This document shows positions 13,351 to 25,917 of a stretch of 64,000 nt of DNA, piece after piece (the first letter of the stretch is position 1; the number at the start of each line of letters is the position of its first letter). Position numbers and translations under genes: made by a program. Source of the DNA: Gracilinanus agilis (taxonomy: Eukaryota). The stretch is from positions 246,571,896-246,635,895 of the forward strand of contig NC_058133.1 of assembly GCF_016433145.1 (NCBI RefSeq), given 5' to 3'. Under the pieces are notes generated by a model. The model searched no databases. It was not told the DNA's origin and saw only the letters and a list, made by a program, of their open reading frames with translations.

Positions 13351-14356
13351 ATAAATGCTTATTTTTTGACTGATTTCTAGGACTGTGGAGAAGTTGAACA
13401 ACTCTACTCCACAGTGAAATGGGTTTTGGGAAGAGCTGTTGAGAAATCAATTAATCAAACAAGCCTTATTATGTGCCAGGCACCACTGTGGTATATGCTA
13501 AAGATAAAAAGACAAAAATAAACCAGTTCCTGATCTTGAGTTTTTCTTCTCTTTTTCTTCTTTCACTCCTCCCACTCATCCTCCTTCTACTCAATATCTT
13601 CTTCCTCATTAACTTTCTCCTCTTTTTTTCATGAAAAGCTTCAGGGTTAGGGAAAAGAGGTGACTCATATTGGACCCCATAAAAAATAACATCCATCCTC
13701 TTCCCAACTCATAGTCTGGGTAAGGCTATATATATGCATCTGGAAATTATTTGCATAGAAATGGTACCTAAACCCATAGACATTGAAGCAGTCACTAAGT
13801 GAGTAACCTTGGGGTGTATCCCTAGATAGGGACATGATTTGAATGATGATCCAGCAAAGGGGATTGTGAAGAAGCTACCAGTCAAAAAGAGAATTAAGAG
13901 AACATTGTCATGAAATCCCAGAGAAAAAAGAATATCCAGTGGGAGAAGGTACTTGCTAATGTCAAAGAATGGAAAAGATCATCAGAGCCAACAATGAATG
14001 GATGACTAGTAATCTGGTGGAGAGTTTTGAGGCCAGGAATCAGTTTGCAGAAAACTAAAAGAAATGAGAGGATATGAAGTTGATGCAAAGAGCATAGACT
14101 TCATAGAACCTAGAAGTGGTGTCTTTGTCAAAAACAAACCCTCTACATTTTTTTTTTAATGGAGTTAGATGGAAAATGAGAGGGGAGATAAATATAGGAC
14201 AATAGCTTGAGGGAATAGAGATGTTTTTAAGTGTAATGTAGTCTTGGATGTGTTTGTAGGCAAAAAGTAAGAACAGGTAGACAGGTTGAAATTAAAGATT
14301 ATAGAAAGTGTGATGATTTGTAAAGCAAACTGCAGACAAGAGGGAATGGGATGAAG

Positions 14357-14522
14357 CAGGGGTCGGCAACGTATGGCTCTTTCTGCAGGAGCCATAAAGT
14401 CAACTTTTTTCAGGTTCTGTTACAGGAGCTCACACTGTGAGCACTGTACGGCTCTCACGAAATTACATTTTAAAAAATGTGGCGTTTATGGCTCTCACGG
14501 CCAAAAAGGTTGCCGATTCCTG
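14357..14522. mobile_element. hAT MITE, 166 bp
   Basis: TIRs CAGGGGTCGGCAAC / GTTGCCGATTCCTG; perfect 8-bp TSD GGATGAAG. Confidence 0.92.
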
Positions 14523-15297
14523 GGATGAAGGGTACATGTAGAGGGTTTGGTTTTGACAAAGAGAAAGACACCACTTCATCAAAACCTAGTGTAAAAAAAA
14601 AAAAAAAGAGTAGAAAATGATGTCAAAGTTTTTTTGTTTGTCTTATTTTGCATTGTTTTGCATTTTTGGTATATAGAAAATGGAAAGAAATATCTAATCT
14701 TGAAAAGAGGTAATTTTCTCAATGTAACACTGACTACCTTGGCGCCCATCATCTGAAGGTACTTGTAGCCATGGGTCCCTTGCACTCGTATTCCATTTTA
14801 CCATGAATACTAGGATTAGTTTCTATAGAGAAACATTTGCTTCAAAAATGTATTAACAAGTACACAAACATTTTACTCCCAAATATGTGGGGCATAATCT
14901 CCCCCAACACTTCAGGAGGGGAAGAGGATTACGTTTGTAGTTTAGCTCATCTCCTTTGGAGTAGTCCCAGTTCCAAGTCCAAAATCCCTTCCGATTTGAG
15001 TCCCAGGTCCCCAGGCTTCTTAGAGCATCCCTTTTGGGTGGGCTGGCTGAATCTTCCTGTCTGGAATTTGGCTCTGAGATTTCCATGGCTGGAATTTATG
15101 GTTCCAATGGAGATTATTGCCATCTCTTGAAAAGGATTATAAAATAAATGAATAAAAAGCAATTAAATGAAAAACAAAACAAAATAAACATCTCAGCCAC
15201 AGAGTCTAAACAGAAGAGAAATGATGTTCCCCCCTCCCAATTCACTTTATTGTGCTGTGGGTGAACTGTGTAATTTTTTGTCCTTTAGGTACAACAG

Positions 15298-16039
15298 TGT
15301 GGAGTTAAAAATTAGTAGTGCATTATTTACAATTATGGTTAGCTTTAGGATTAATAGTAGTAGTTATGCCCTTCTGAGAAGAGAGAAAAGTGTATCTTTA
15401 CATAACCAAAAGTAGAGACATTCTCTCCCTGAAGTGAACAGACCCTTCCCCCAACCAAGCCCCTTCTGATTATTAGTAATACATTAAAAGCAACCAAATA
15501 CCTTTCCTTTTCTTTGTTATTAATTATCAATTGACTTGTAATCCTCACTGCAGGGTTAAGAAAATGAAGTCCCAAGGAAAATTACAGTACAGAGTCCTAT
15601 GAGGAAGCCATGGAGTCTAGAAAATACAGTAAGAGAATCTCCTATGGGAATAGCACTCCTATCTAGAAATTGTGGCACTAGTCTTGCACATTCCTGAATT
15701 ATGACTAAAATTGAGAAAATGTTAATTTGAGAAAAAACTCTCATGGTTCAAAGAGAGCTGGGAACCAAAAAGGGGGTAAAGAGGATGTCAGATAAGAAAC
15801 CAATGACTCAAACACAGGTGGTAGTGAACTCAAAGAACCATTGTATAGATTTCCTATAAAATAAGGATTCTTTTTGTAAGCCTATGTACATGGCTGAGGG
15901 TAAAACCCAGCAATGTTCCCTGATGTCTGCTCTTTCTCTAATAAAGGCTGTTTCTCATCAGCATCTTGTCTGAGTTTCCTGCCTACTCATTAGAGTGATT
16001 TCTGGGGGTGGTAGGCCCCCCAACAAAACCCACTCCACA
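15298..16039 (+). mobile_element. Solo LTR, same family as 28392-29380
   Basis: Shares long blocks with the 28.4-29.4 kb LTR (e.g. ggattaatagtagtagt, gcacattcctgaattatgactaaaat, gatttctgggggtg). Starts with TGT; TSD not clear and end approximate. Confidence 0.7.
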
Positions 16040-18105
16040 TAAAAAGACAGTATTCAGAAATTGAGCAGTCTGGCCAGGATTAAATATGGACTTTATTCTG
16101 GCTATGTGAGGCTATTCTTTCCCACATGGTAGGGAAATTGAGGCAAGCAGATGCCTCCATGTTAGAAGACAAATCCTATTTTATATTTCTCCTATTTACA
16201 ATTTGAGTAAGAAGTTTCTCAGCTGAAAAGATTTGTATGAGAGATTTGAAGGTAGAAGGGAAAGACTAATGTGCGTATTTCATGTGGGAATATAGATTTC
16301 GACTATAGAACTATTCTACCTACCCCAAGGGGGTTTTGCTCTGGACTCACATGTACAAAGTTCATTCTCCTAAGGACTGACCTCAAGGGATCGGATGAAG
16401 TCTCTTAATTTTTCTTTCTTATTGCCCTCACCTCAGAGTAACTAGAAAGAAATATAGATATGTCTCTATCTCAAAACCTAGTCCTTGCCCCAACTCAAAT
16501 CCTCATTTCCATTGTCCTCAATCCTCCCACCTCAAAGTTTCAGGCAAATATCATCCAGGCCCCTCAAATACTTGTTCCATACATCTATTGAAATCTAGCT
16601 CTAATACAAAGAAGGGTTGTGGGAACCCATTTTCATCTGAACTAGGAACAGAAGCATATCGATGGTTCTGAGTATATTCCTTTTATACTTTTTTTTTTTC
16701 TTTTCAAAGAGTGCATGAAACTCAACACAATAACCAACCCTAACTAGAAGACTCATGATGAAATATGCCACAACTTCAAAACAGAAGAGATGGCTTCATG
16801 GAAAAGACCGAGTTTCTTTGGACATGGCTAATGCAGGAATTTATTTTATTTACTTGACTATTCATATGTTACAAGGATTGTTTTCCTAGGGGAAGTGGAT
16901 TTTTGCTATTTAAAAATGTTTTTTTTAAAGAAGGTATAAGTTAAATGCAGCTAAAATTTGGAGAAAGTTGGAGGAAAACCTTTTGTAGCAAATTTTTCTG
17001 ATAAAGGTTTCATTTCTAAGATTAGAAATTGATTGGCACTTACAAGAGCCATTCCCTAGAAACCAGGTCAAAAGATAGGAATTGATAGTTTTCAAAAGAA
17101 ACCAAATATTGTTTGGCTCTTTTGGACCCCATTTAGAATTTTCTTGGCAAGTTTATTAGAATGGTTTTGCCATTTCCTTTTCTAGCTCACTTTAAAGATG
17201 AGGAATTGAGGCAAACAGGGTTATGTAATTTGCCCTGGACAAACTATTAAGTATCTGAGAATGGATCTGTGAAGATTCCAAGCCTAGTGCTATATCCACT
17301 GGGCCACCTAGCTGCCTTGAAGCTATAGCTATTATAAAGCTTCAAACTAGTAATTAAGAGATATGCAAGCTAATTCTGAGGTTCTGCTTCATGGCCATCA
17401 GATTAGCAAAGATAAGAGGAAAATGACAACTATTAAGAATGGTTGAGAGAAGACACTAAAGTCTGCTACTGAAGTTTAGTTAGTTCAACCATTTTAGAAA
17501 ACAACTTGCAAGTATTTCCTGAAATTAACCTGTATATCCTATTCTTAACAGAAAGGATTTCACTAGTAGGTCAAGTATTAAGTCTTGGGATCATTCAGTG
17601 CTGCCTTGATCCTAAAAATCCCTATCTATTCTTACAGAAACTTATTTACAAATTATATTGCCTAATCTCAACTGGGCCGACAATGTTGCAAGAATCTTTC
17701 CATACCTTCCTAATCAATTTTGTATCCTACAGGTTCAGTTTCCATCCTTCCTCAAATCCACCCATGACTGTCATACCCAAATCAAGAAGCGAGCTTCCTT
17801 TCTTAAAGAAAAAAGGCCTTCCTCCAAGAGCTATGCCTTCATGTCAACTGTATACAGAACATTTGAACAAAAATGCATAATGATATTACAACTTGCTGAC
17901 AAGATAATAGAATTGTATTTTTAAAAAATCCCGAAAAAAATACAAAGCCATGTAATTGATAAACAAATTTTAACTTACCAGTTCATTTTAACATTCAAAA
18001 AGCAATCCCTAGTTATATCCACTATTTTGCTCTAGACGGAAAGTTTCAGTACTAGTTCATTTCCTTAACACAAGTGACATTACAACTCTCATTGAAAATA
18101 TAGGT

Positions 18106-18121
18106 GGCTCTTAAAAGAGCC
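18106..18121 (-). terminator. Histone 3' stem-loop of H3 copy 1
   Basis: Minus strand GGCTCT-TTTA-AGAGCC followed by ACC; HDE GAGAGTTGT at 18082-18090. Confidence 0.95.
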
Positions 18122-18146
18122 TTTGGATTTATTTTGGCCTCCTGCC

Positions 18147-18569
<423 letters not shown>

Positions 18570-18618
18570 CTACTAGGAAGTTGTAGTAAGAAAAGTGCAA
18601 GGGAGCCGGTCCTGTCCT

Positions 18619-18689
18619 TATTTATAGAAGTGACCCTATCCTGATTGGACAAAGCAACATTTGAAAGTCCCGCGTTATGTCCTAATTGG
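18619..18689 (-). promoter_or_regulatory. H3 copy 1 promoter: TATA + two CCAAT boxes
   Basis: TATAAATA at 18619-18626; CCAAT at 18644-18648 and 18685-18689 (minus strand). Confidence 0.85.
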
Positions 18690-19266
18690 TTTTCAATTCA
18701 ATCCCCTAATTTCACTAAGTAAAAAGCCATTTTAATGGGCAAAAATCAATCCTGAAGAATTCCCATGACTGGTCTTCCGGGATATTTTTTTTTTCGCTTT
18801 CGTTTGCATTTTGACTTGTTTTCTGAAAGACGGATTTGTGTCTCTAAAAGCAGAAATCATCAGGTATTTCTTATTCTTTTTGGCCCAAATCACATTTGGT
18901 AGGACGAAAACCCAGGGCTGGGGGTAGAGATGCATGAATGTGCTTTAAAAAAATGCACAGTGGTATAAGATTAATGAAATGTTTTTCAAAAAAACTTCCT
19001 GGCTCTTATAAATACAGATTGCAGTCCATTTTGCCGGAAAGGATAAGAATTTCCTAGATATTTTCAGGCCTCAAAGTCGAATTGTCTTTATGTGAATTCA
19101 GCCATTTCAATAATAGATCATAATTTCAAAAAGTAAGAAACCTTTGCGATTCGACCATAAATTAATTTACTTGTTTTGCAGAAGAGAAAAATAACACCCA
19201 GATAAATGAAACGAGTTACCCACAGGTCAAATACTGGTGGACAACAAACCCAGGGCTCTTTCCACT

Positions 19267-19290
19267 AGAGAGAGAGAGAGAGAGAGAGAG
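19267..19290 (+). repeat. (AG)n microsatellite running into a gap
   Basis: Directly visible. Confidence 0.9.
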
Positions 19291-19790
19291 NNNNNNNNNN
19301 NNNNNNNNNNNNNNNNNNNNNNNNNNNNNNNNNNNNNNNNNNNNNNNNNNNNNNNNNNNNNNNNNNNNNNNNNNNNNNNNNNNNNNNNNNNNNNNNNNNN
19401 NNNNNNNNNNNNNNNNNNNNNNNNNNNNNNNNNNNNNNNNNNNNNNNNNNNNNNNNNNNNNNNNNNNNNNNNNNNNNNNNNNNNNNNNNNNNNNNNNNNN
19501 NNNNNNNNNNNNNNNNNNNNNNNNNNNNNNNNNNNNNNNNNNNNNNNNNNNNNNNNNNNNNNNNNNNNNNNNNNNNNNNNNNNNNNNNNNNNNNNNNNNN
19601 NNNNNNNNNNNNNNNNNNNNNNNNNNNNNNNNNNNNNNNNNNNNNNNNNNNNNNNNNNNNNNNNNNNNNNNNNNNNNNNNNNNNNNNNNNNNNNNNNNNN
19701 NNNNNNNNNNNNNNNNNNNNNNNNNNNNNNNNNNNNNNNNNNNNNNNNNNNNNNNNNNNNNNNNNNNNNNNNNNNNNNNNNNNNNNNNNN
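19291..19790. other. Assembly gap (500 N); other gaps at 1012-1092, 38233-38441, 43068-43567, 54596-54754
   Basis: Runs of N. The two 500-N gaps look like fixed-size placeholders and may hide sequence of unknown length. Confidence 0.95.
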
Positions 19791-22462
19791 CTTTGGAATC
19801 AGTACCATATTTGTGTCATAAAAGGAATTTGGTAGGATTCTTTGCTTATCATATCAAATAATTTGTATAGTATTGGGATTAGTTGCTCTTTGAATGTCTG
19901 ATAGAATTCACTTGTGAATCCATCAGGTCCTGGTGATTTTTTCTTAGGGAGTTCTTTGATGGCTTGTTCAATTTCTATTTCTGATATGGGATTATTTAGG
20001 TATTCTATTTCTTCTGCTCTTAATCTAGGCAATTTATATTTTTGTAAATATTCATCCATATCTCCTAAATTGTTACATTTGTTGCCATATAATTGGGCAA
20101 AATAGTTTTTAATGATTGCCTTAATTTCCCCTTCATTAGAGGTGAGGTCTCCCTTTTCATCTTTAATACTGTCAATTTGGTTTTCTTCTTTCCTTTTTTT
20201 TATTAGATTGACCAGTATTTTGTCTATTTTATCTATTTTTTCAAAATACCAGCTTCTAGTCTTATTTATTAATTCAATATTCTTTTACTTTCGATTTTAT
20301 TAATTTCTCCCTTAATTTTTAGTATTTCTAATTTAGTTTTCATCTGGGGGGTTTTAATTTGCTCGCTTTCTAATTTTTTTAGTTGCATGCCCAATTCATT
20401 GATCTCTGCCCTCCTTAATTTGTTAATATATGCACTTAAGGATATAAATTTCCCCCTGAGTACTGCCTTGGCTGTATCCCACATAGTTTGGTAGGATGTC
20501 TCATCATTGTCATTCTCTTCAATGAAATTGTTGATTGTTTCTATGATTTCTTCTTTGACAAATTGGTTGTGGAGAATCATATTGTTTAATTTCCAATTGG
20601 TTTTTGATTTGCCTGTCCAGGTGCCCTTACTAATTATTATTTTTATTGCATTATGATCTGAGAAGGTTACATTTATTATATCTGCTCTTTTGCATTTGTT
20701 TGCAATGATTCTATGCCCTATTACATGGTCAATCTTTGTGAATGTACCATGTGCAGCTGAGAAGAAGGTGTATTCCTTTTTGTCCCTATTTATTTTTCTC
20801 CACATATCAATTAAATCTAATTTTTCTAGGGCTTCATTCACCTCTCTTACCTCTTTCTTATTTATTTTTTGGTTTGATTTATCTAGATCTGAAAGAGGAA
20901 TATTTAGATCTCCCACTATTATGGTTTTACTATCTATTTCCTTCTTGAGCTCTGCCAGTTTCTCCTTTATGAATTTGGATGCTATGCCACTTGGTGCTTA
21001 CATATTGAGCAGTGTTATTTCCTCATTGTTTATACTGCCTTTAATCAGGACGTAATGACCTTCCCTGTCTTTTTTAATCATATCTACTTTTACTTTGGCT
21101 TTGTCAGAAATCAAAATAGCCACTTCTGCCTTCTTTTTCTCATTTGATGCCCAAAAGATTTTGCTCAAGCCCTTAACCTTAAACTTGTGTATGTCCACCC
21201 ACCTCATAGGTGTTTCTTGTAGACAACATATGGTAGGATTTTGGTTTCTGATCCACTCTGCTATTTGCTTCTGTTTTATGAGCGAGTTCATCCCATTCAC
21301 ATTCAGAGTTACAATTATCAGTTGTGCATTCACTGACATTTTTGTATCCTCCCCTAGTCCCACTCCTTCTTCTTACACTATTTCCTTTTAAACCAGTGGT
21401 TTGCTTTGAGCTGGTATCCCTTGTCCCCTCCCTCGATTAACTTCCCTTTCTACCCCCTCCCTTGTTATTCCCCTCTTTTTATTTTTAAAGGCCTAATGAA
21501 TTCCCTCCCCCTTCTTCTCCCCTCCCTTTTTTTTACCTCCCCACTCCCCTGCTCCCCTTTGTTTATCCCTTCTGACTTTCTCAGTAGGGTTAAGTAGAGA
21601 TTTTTATCCCAATGGATAATATAGCTACTCTTCCCTCTCCAGGTCGATTACACTGAGAGTAAGGTTTAACTATTACCTCTTAATGTTCTCTTCCTCTCCT
21701 TCTTATAATAGTATTCATCCCTTCCCCTTCCCATGCCCTCTTTGTGTGTAATAGAATATCCTATTTTTCTTATTCCTTCAAGATTCTCTTTGTGTCCTCT
21801 ACTATTCACCCCCCTCTTTCCCTCCCACCCATATCATCTTAGACCATTTAGTATTCCAACCTTTTCTTATGAATAATTCTTCTAATTGCTATAATAGTGA
21901 ATACTATAATAGTGAATAGAGTTCACTACAGAGAATTATATATAGCATTTCTCCACATAGGAATACAGATAATTAGATCTTATTTAAGCCCTTAAAGAGT
22001 CAAATTTAAAAAATTAGGAGTTTTCTTTCTTTCCCCTCTGTTTCTTATTTACCTTTTCATGTTTCTCTTGATTTTTGTGGTTGGATATCAAACTTTCCAT
22101 TTAGTCCTGGTCTCTTTTGTGCAAATACTTGGAAATCTTCAATTTTGTTGAATGCCCATACTTTCCCCTGGAAGTATATAGTCAGTTTTGATGGGTAGTT
22201 GATCCGTGGTTGAAGGCCCAGTTCTCATGCCTTTCTGAATATTGTATTCCAAGCCTTGTGGTCTTTTAGTGTGGAGGCTGCCAGATCCTGTGTGATCCTG
22301 ATTGGTGCTCCTTGATATTTGAAGTGTCTCTTTCTGGCTTCTTGTAAGATTTTTTCTTTTACTTTAATTTACTTTACTTTAATTTAATTTAATTTTTAAT
22401 TTACTTCAAAGCTCTTGAATTTGGCTGCTCCTTACTCCGCCGCCATCTTGTTTCCTGTTCCC
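19791..22462 (-). mobile_element. L1: 5' terminus, 3' half of ORF1, inter-ORF, ORF2 endonuclease region (disrupted); 3' part lost in the gap
   Basis: ORFs with endonuclease motifs (TLNVNG, ICCLQET, GDLNIPLS, FTKIDHV, FSDHNAI) and [20 protein letters not shown]; 5' end AAGATGGCGGCGGAG at 22433-22447. Confidence 0.92.
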
Positions 22463-22805
22463 TAGAGTGATTTTAAATGGAGTTTGTCTTTCTAAATGTT
22501 GCTGCTAATTTTTATTGGAAATAAATAGAAATACTAATGATTTTTGTGGATTTATTTTGTATCCTGCAACTTTGCTAAAATCATTATTTCCACTAGCTTT
22601 TTAGTTGATTTTCTGAGATTCTCTAAGTATACCATCATATCATCTGAAAAGAGTGATAGTTTATTTTCCTCACTGCCTACTTTAATCCCTTCAATTTCTT
22701 TTTCTTCCCTAATTGCTGCAACTAGCATTTCTAGCACAATATTAAATAATGGTAATAATTGACATCTTTTCTTTATTCCTGATCTTACTGGGAAAGCCTC
22801 TACCT

Positions 22806-22998
22806 CAGTGGTTTACAAACTTTTTTGGCCTACTGCCCCCTTTCCAGAAGATATATTACTTAGCGCCCCCTGGAAATTATGAAACTATTTATTGAACTCA
22901 GAATAGAATGTAATACAAAAAAAGTGTGGCCATCACTGCCTCCCTGGATTGGTGCAGCACCCACCAGGGGGCAGTACCGCCTACTTTGGGAATCACTG
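22806..22998. mobile_element. hAT MITE, 193 bp, related to 6324-6513 in opposite orientation
   Basis: TIRs CAGTGGTTTACAAA / TTTGGGAATCACTG; TSD CTCTACCT / CTCTAACA (6 of 8). Confidence 0.88.
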
Positions 22999-23738
22999 CT
23001 CTAACATCTCCATTGCAGGTGATACTTGCTGATAGTTTTAGATAAATACTATTTATTATTTGAAGAAAGGTCCTTTTAATCCGATACTTTCTAGGGTTTT
23101 TAATAGGAATGGGTATTATATTTTATTGAAGGCTTTTTCTGCATCTATTGAGATAATCATGTGATTGCTGTTAGCTTGGTTATTGATATGGTCAACTACA
23201 GAGTGAGTTTTCCTTATATTAAACTAGCCTTGCATTCCTGGTATAAATCCCACTTGGTCATAGTGGATAAGCCTTGTGATGATGGCTATAGTCTCTTTAC
23301 TAGTATTTTATTTAAAAGTTTTGCATCTATGTTCATTAAGGAGATTGGTCTGTAGTTTTCTTTCTCTGTTTTTAATCTTCATGGTTTGGGAATCAATGCC
23401 ATATTTGTATCATAAATAAATTTGGTAAGACTCCTTTGCTTATTTTGTCAAATAGTTTGTATAGTATTGGGATTAGTTGTTTTTTAAATGTTTGATAGAA
23501 TTCACTTGTAAATCCATCAGGCGCTGGGGATTTTTTCTTGAGGAGTTCCTTGATGGCTTCTTCAATTTCTTTTCCTGAGATGGGGTTATTTAAATCTTCT
23601 ATTTCCTCTTTCATTAATCTAGGCATTTTTTATTTTTGTAAATATTCACCCTTTTCACCTAGGTTGTCATATTTATTGCCATTTAATTGAGTATAATAGC
23701 TCTTAATAATTGCCTTAATTTCCTCTTCATTAGAGGTG

Positions 23739-24328
23739 TGATAATTAGATTAAGTCTACACTGCCCATCTTTAGATTTAATCACCAAAGGTGAGAGCACC
23801 TTCCAATTCTGGGAGGTCCTAACCCACGTGCCCCTACGCTTTCTATAAGAAAGGGTCTACTGTGATTGGACACGGAGGCTAGGGGAAGGCACTGGAAGTG
23901 ATGCATACGTGACCCCTATAAAAGAGGGAGTTAAGTGAGTGAGGCTGCTTCTGGTTTGGTGAAGGGGACCTGCGGGAGCTTTGCTAGTTCGTGATCAAGA
24001 CTGTTTCATGTGGTGAGTTTAAAGATTGAATCTTCCTGAACTTCTTTTAAGAAAGTTCCTTTTATAGACTCTGTGAATGAAGTTTGCTCCATTCACCTCC
24101 GGGCCTCGGGCCCTTTAACCCTTGGCTGAGGGTTAAGATCTACCTGGACTAATCAGTGGGATAGAGTCTTATCTCCATACTTCCTCTCTCTCTTTCTTAT
24201 GTAAATAAATTTCCATAAAAGTGGATTTTGATTTGAGATTATTCTTAATTGAGGACTGATAATAGTTCAATCCTCTAGGGACCATCTTTAATATATTGAA
24301 CCCTTAAAACCTCTTTTTCACCCTTACA
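23739..24328 (+). mobile_element. Solo ERV LTR, 590 bp
   Basis: TG...CA ends; TSD GAGGTG / GAAGTG restores the L1 sequence; TATAAAA at 23917 and AATAAA at 24204. Confidence 0.85.
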
Positions 24329-25917
24329 GAAGTGAGATCACTCTTTTCATTTTTGATACTATTAATTTGATTCTCCTCTTTTTTATTAGATTTACCAGTA
24401 TTTTATCTATCTTATTTATATTTTGAAAGTACCAGATCCTGGTTTTATTTATTAGTTCAATAGTTCTTTTATTTTCAATTTTATTAATTTCTCATTTAAT
24501 TTTTAGAACTTCCAATTTAGTTTTTATCTGGGGATTTTTCATTTGTTCTTTTTCTAATTTTTTAAGTTGCAAGTCCAATTTATCAATCTCCTCCCTCTCT
24601 ATTTTGTTGATAAAGGCACTCAGAGATATGAATTTTCCCCTAGGTATTACTTTGGCTGTATCCCATAGATTTTGATACATTGTCTCCTCATTGTCATTTT
24701 CTTCAATGAAGTCTGTAATGGTTTCTATGATTTGTTTTTTGACCCACCAGTTTTGTAGAATTATATTACTTAGTTTCCAACATTACTGCTAAGGAGGCAA
24801 CTTGGCATAGAAAATAGAGAATCTCCCTTAGAAGGAAGAAAACCTGGATTCAAGTTCTGTCTCTGATATTTTCTGGCTTGTATGACCTTAGAAAAGTCAT
24901 TTAATCATTTTCAAAGAATATAAATTGTATTGTAGTTGCTTATCCACAAGGGTTAAAGGTAGTTCTCTCACAGGAATTCCCTATACAGATAAAATCATGA
25001 TTCAAGACCAATAAAATAAAATACTATAAGCTTTTGCAAGTCATGGATAAAAATGGGTCATGTTAGAGAAAGGGTTTCTACCTCTCCTCCAATTAATGTA
25101 AACACCGAAGGTCTTAAAAGGGCTAAATTGAAGAAATCAGTCAATCAGAGATATAAGTGAGGTACTAATAAGTCAATAAGTAATTTGGGAGAAATTAAGG
25201 GCTTTAATAATAGCTTGTATTTATACAACACATAAAGTTTTGAAAGGTATTTTACAAACATTATCTTTTTATCATTACAACCACCCTGAGAGGTAGGTGC
25301 TACCATTATCCCTATTTAATAGATGAGGCAGAAAAACAATTAAGTGATTGCCCAAGGTCACAAAGCTAGACACTAGATTTGAATTCAGCCCTGCTGCATC
25401 ACCTCACTGCCTCAAAATTATTGGATAAAGATAATGATATACAAAAATATCTTGTGATATTTGAAAGAATCAGACATACCATAACACAGTAAACTAGTTT
25501 GAAAGTGAGCTTACCAACAGAAGACTAGTCTAGGGGGCAGGAACCAATCCCAGAAGAGAAATTAGTTTGGAGAAGAAGAGAACTACCAAAGATTATGTAT
25601 TACCATACTAGCCAAGAAGTTACAGTTTTTAAAAAACTAAAAACAACTCATTATATTGTACTGCATTTATCAAAATGAATAATTTTGAAAAATAAGTATT
25701 ATGATACATTTAACTATTGCTAGTCCCCATGCCCTATAGCCTCTTGGTCACAAGACAATGATGAGGTAAGGAAACTGACACCACTTAATGTTGGACAGCA
25801 AAGGGAAATGACAAAGGGCTCAGGGATTGCTAAATTAACCAGTGGACTTCCCACAGAGGTTTATGACATCTCTATCAGGTGGAACTTAGGTGGCTTGGCC
25901 TAGAGTAAAGGCCTTTG

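Larger units (their letters stand above)
22463..24780 (-). mobile_element. Older L1 ORF2 fragment, host to a MITE and a solo LTR
   Basis: Degraded ORF2 motifs ([41 protein letters not shown]). Confidence 0.85.

Noticed and set aside
19227-19821. ORFs made mostly of X spanning N gaps (also 935-1264, 42975-43625, 54564-54877)
   Set aside because: Artefacts of translating N runs.
19799-21363. Endonuclease-like ORFs as a host gene
   Set aside because: Frameshifted L1 ORF2 fragments.
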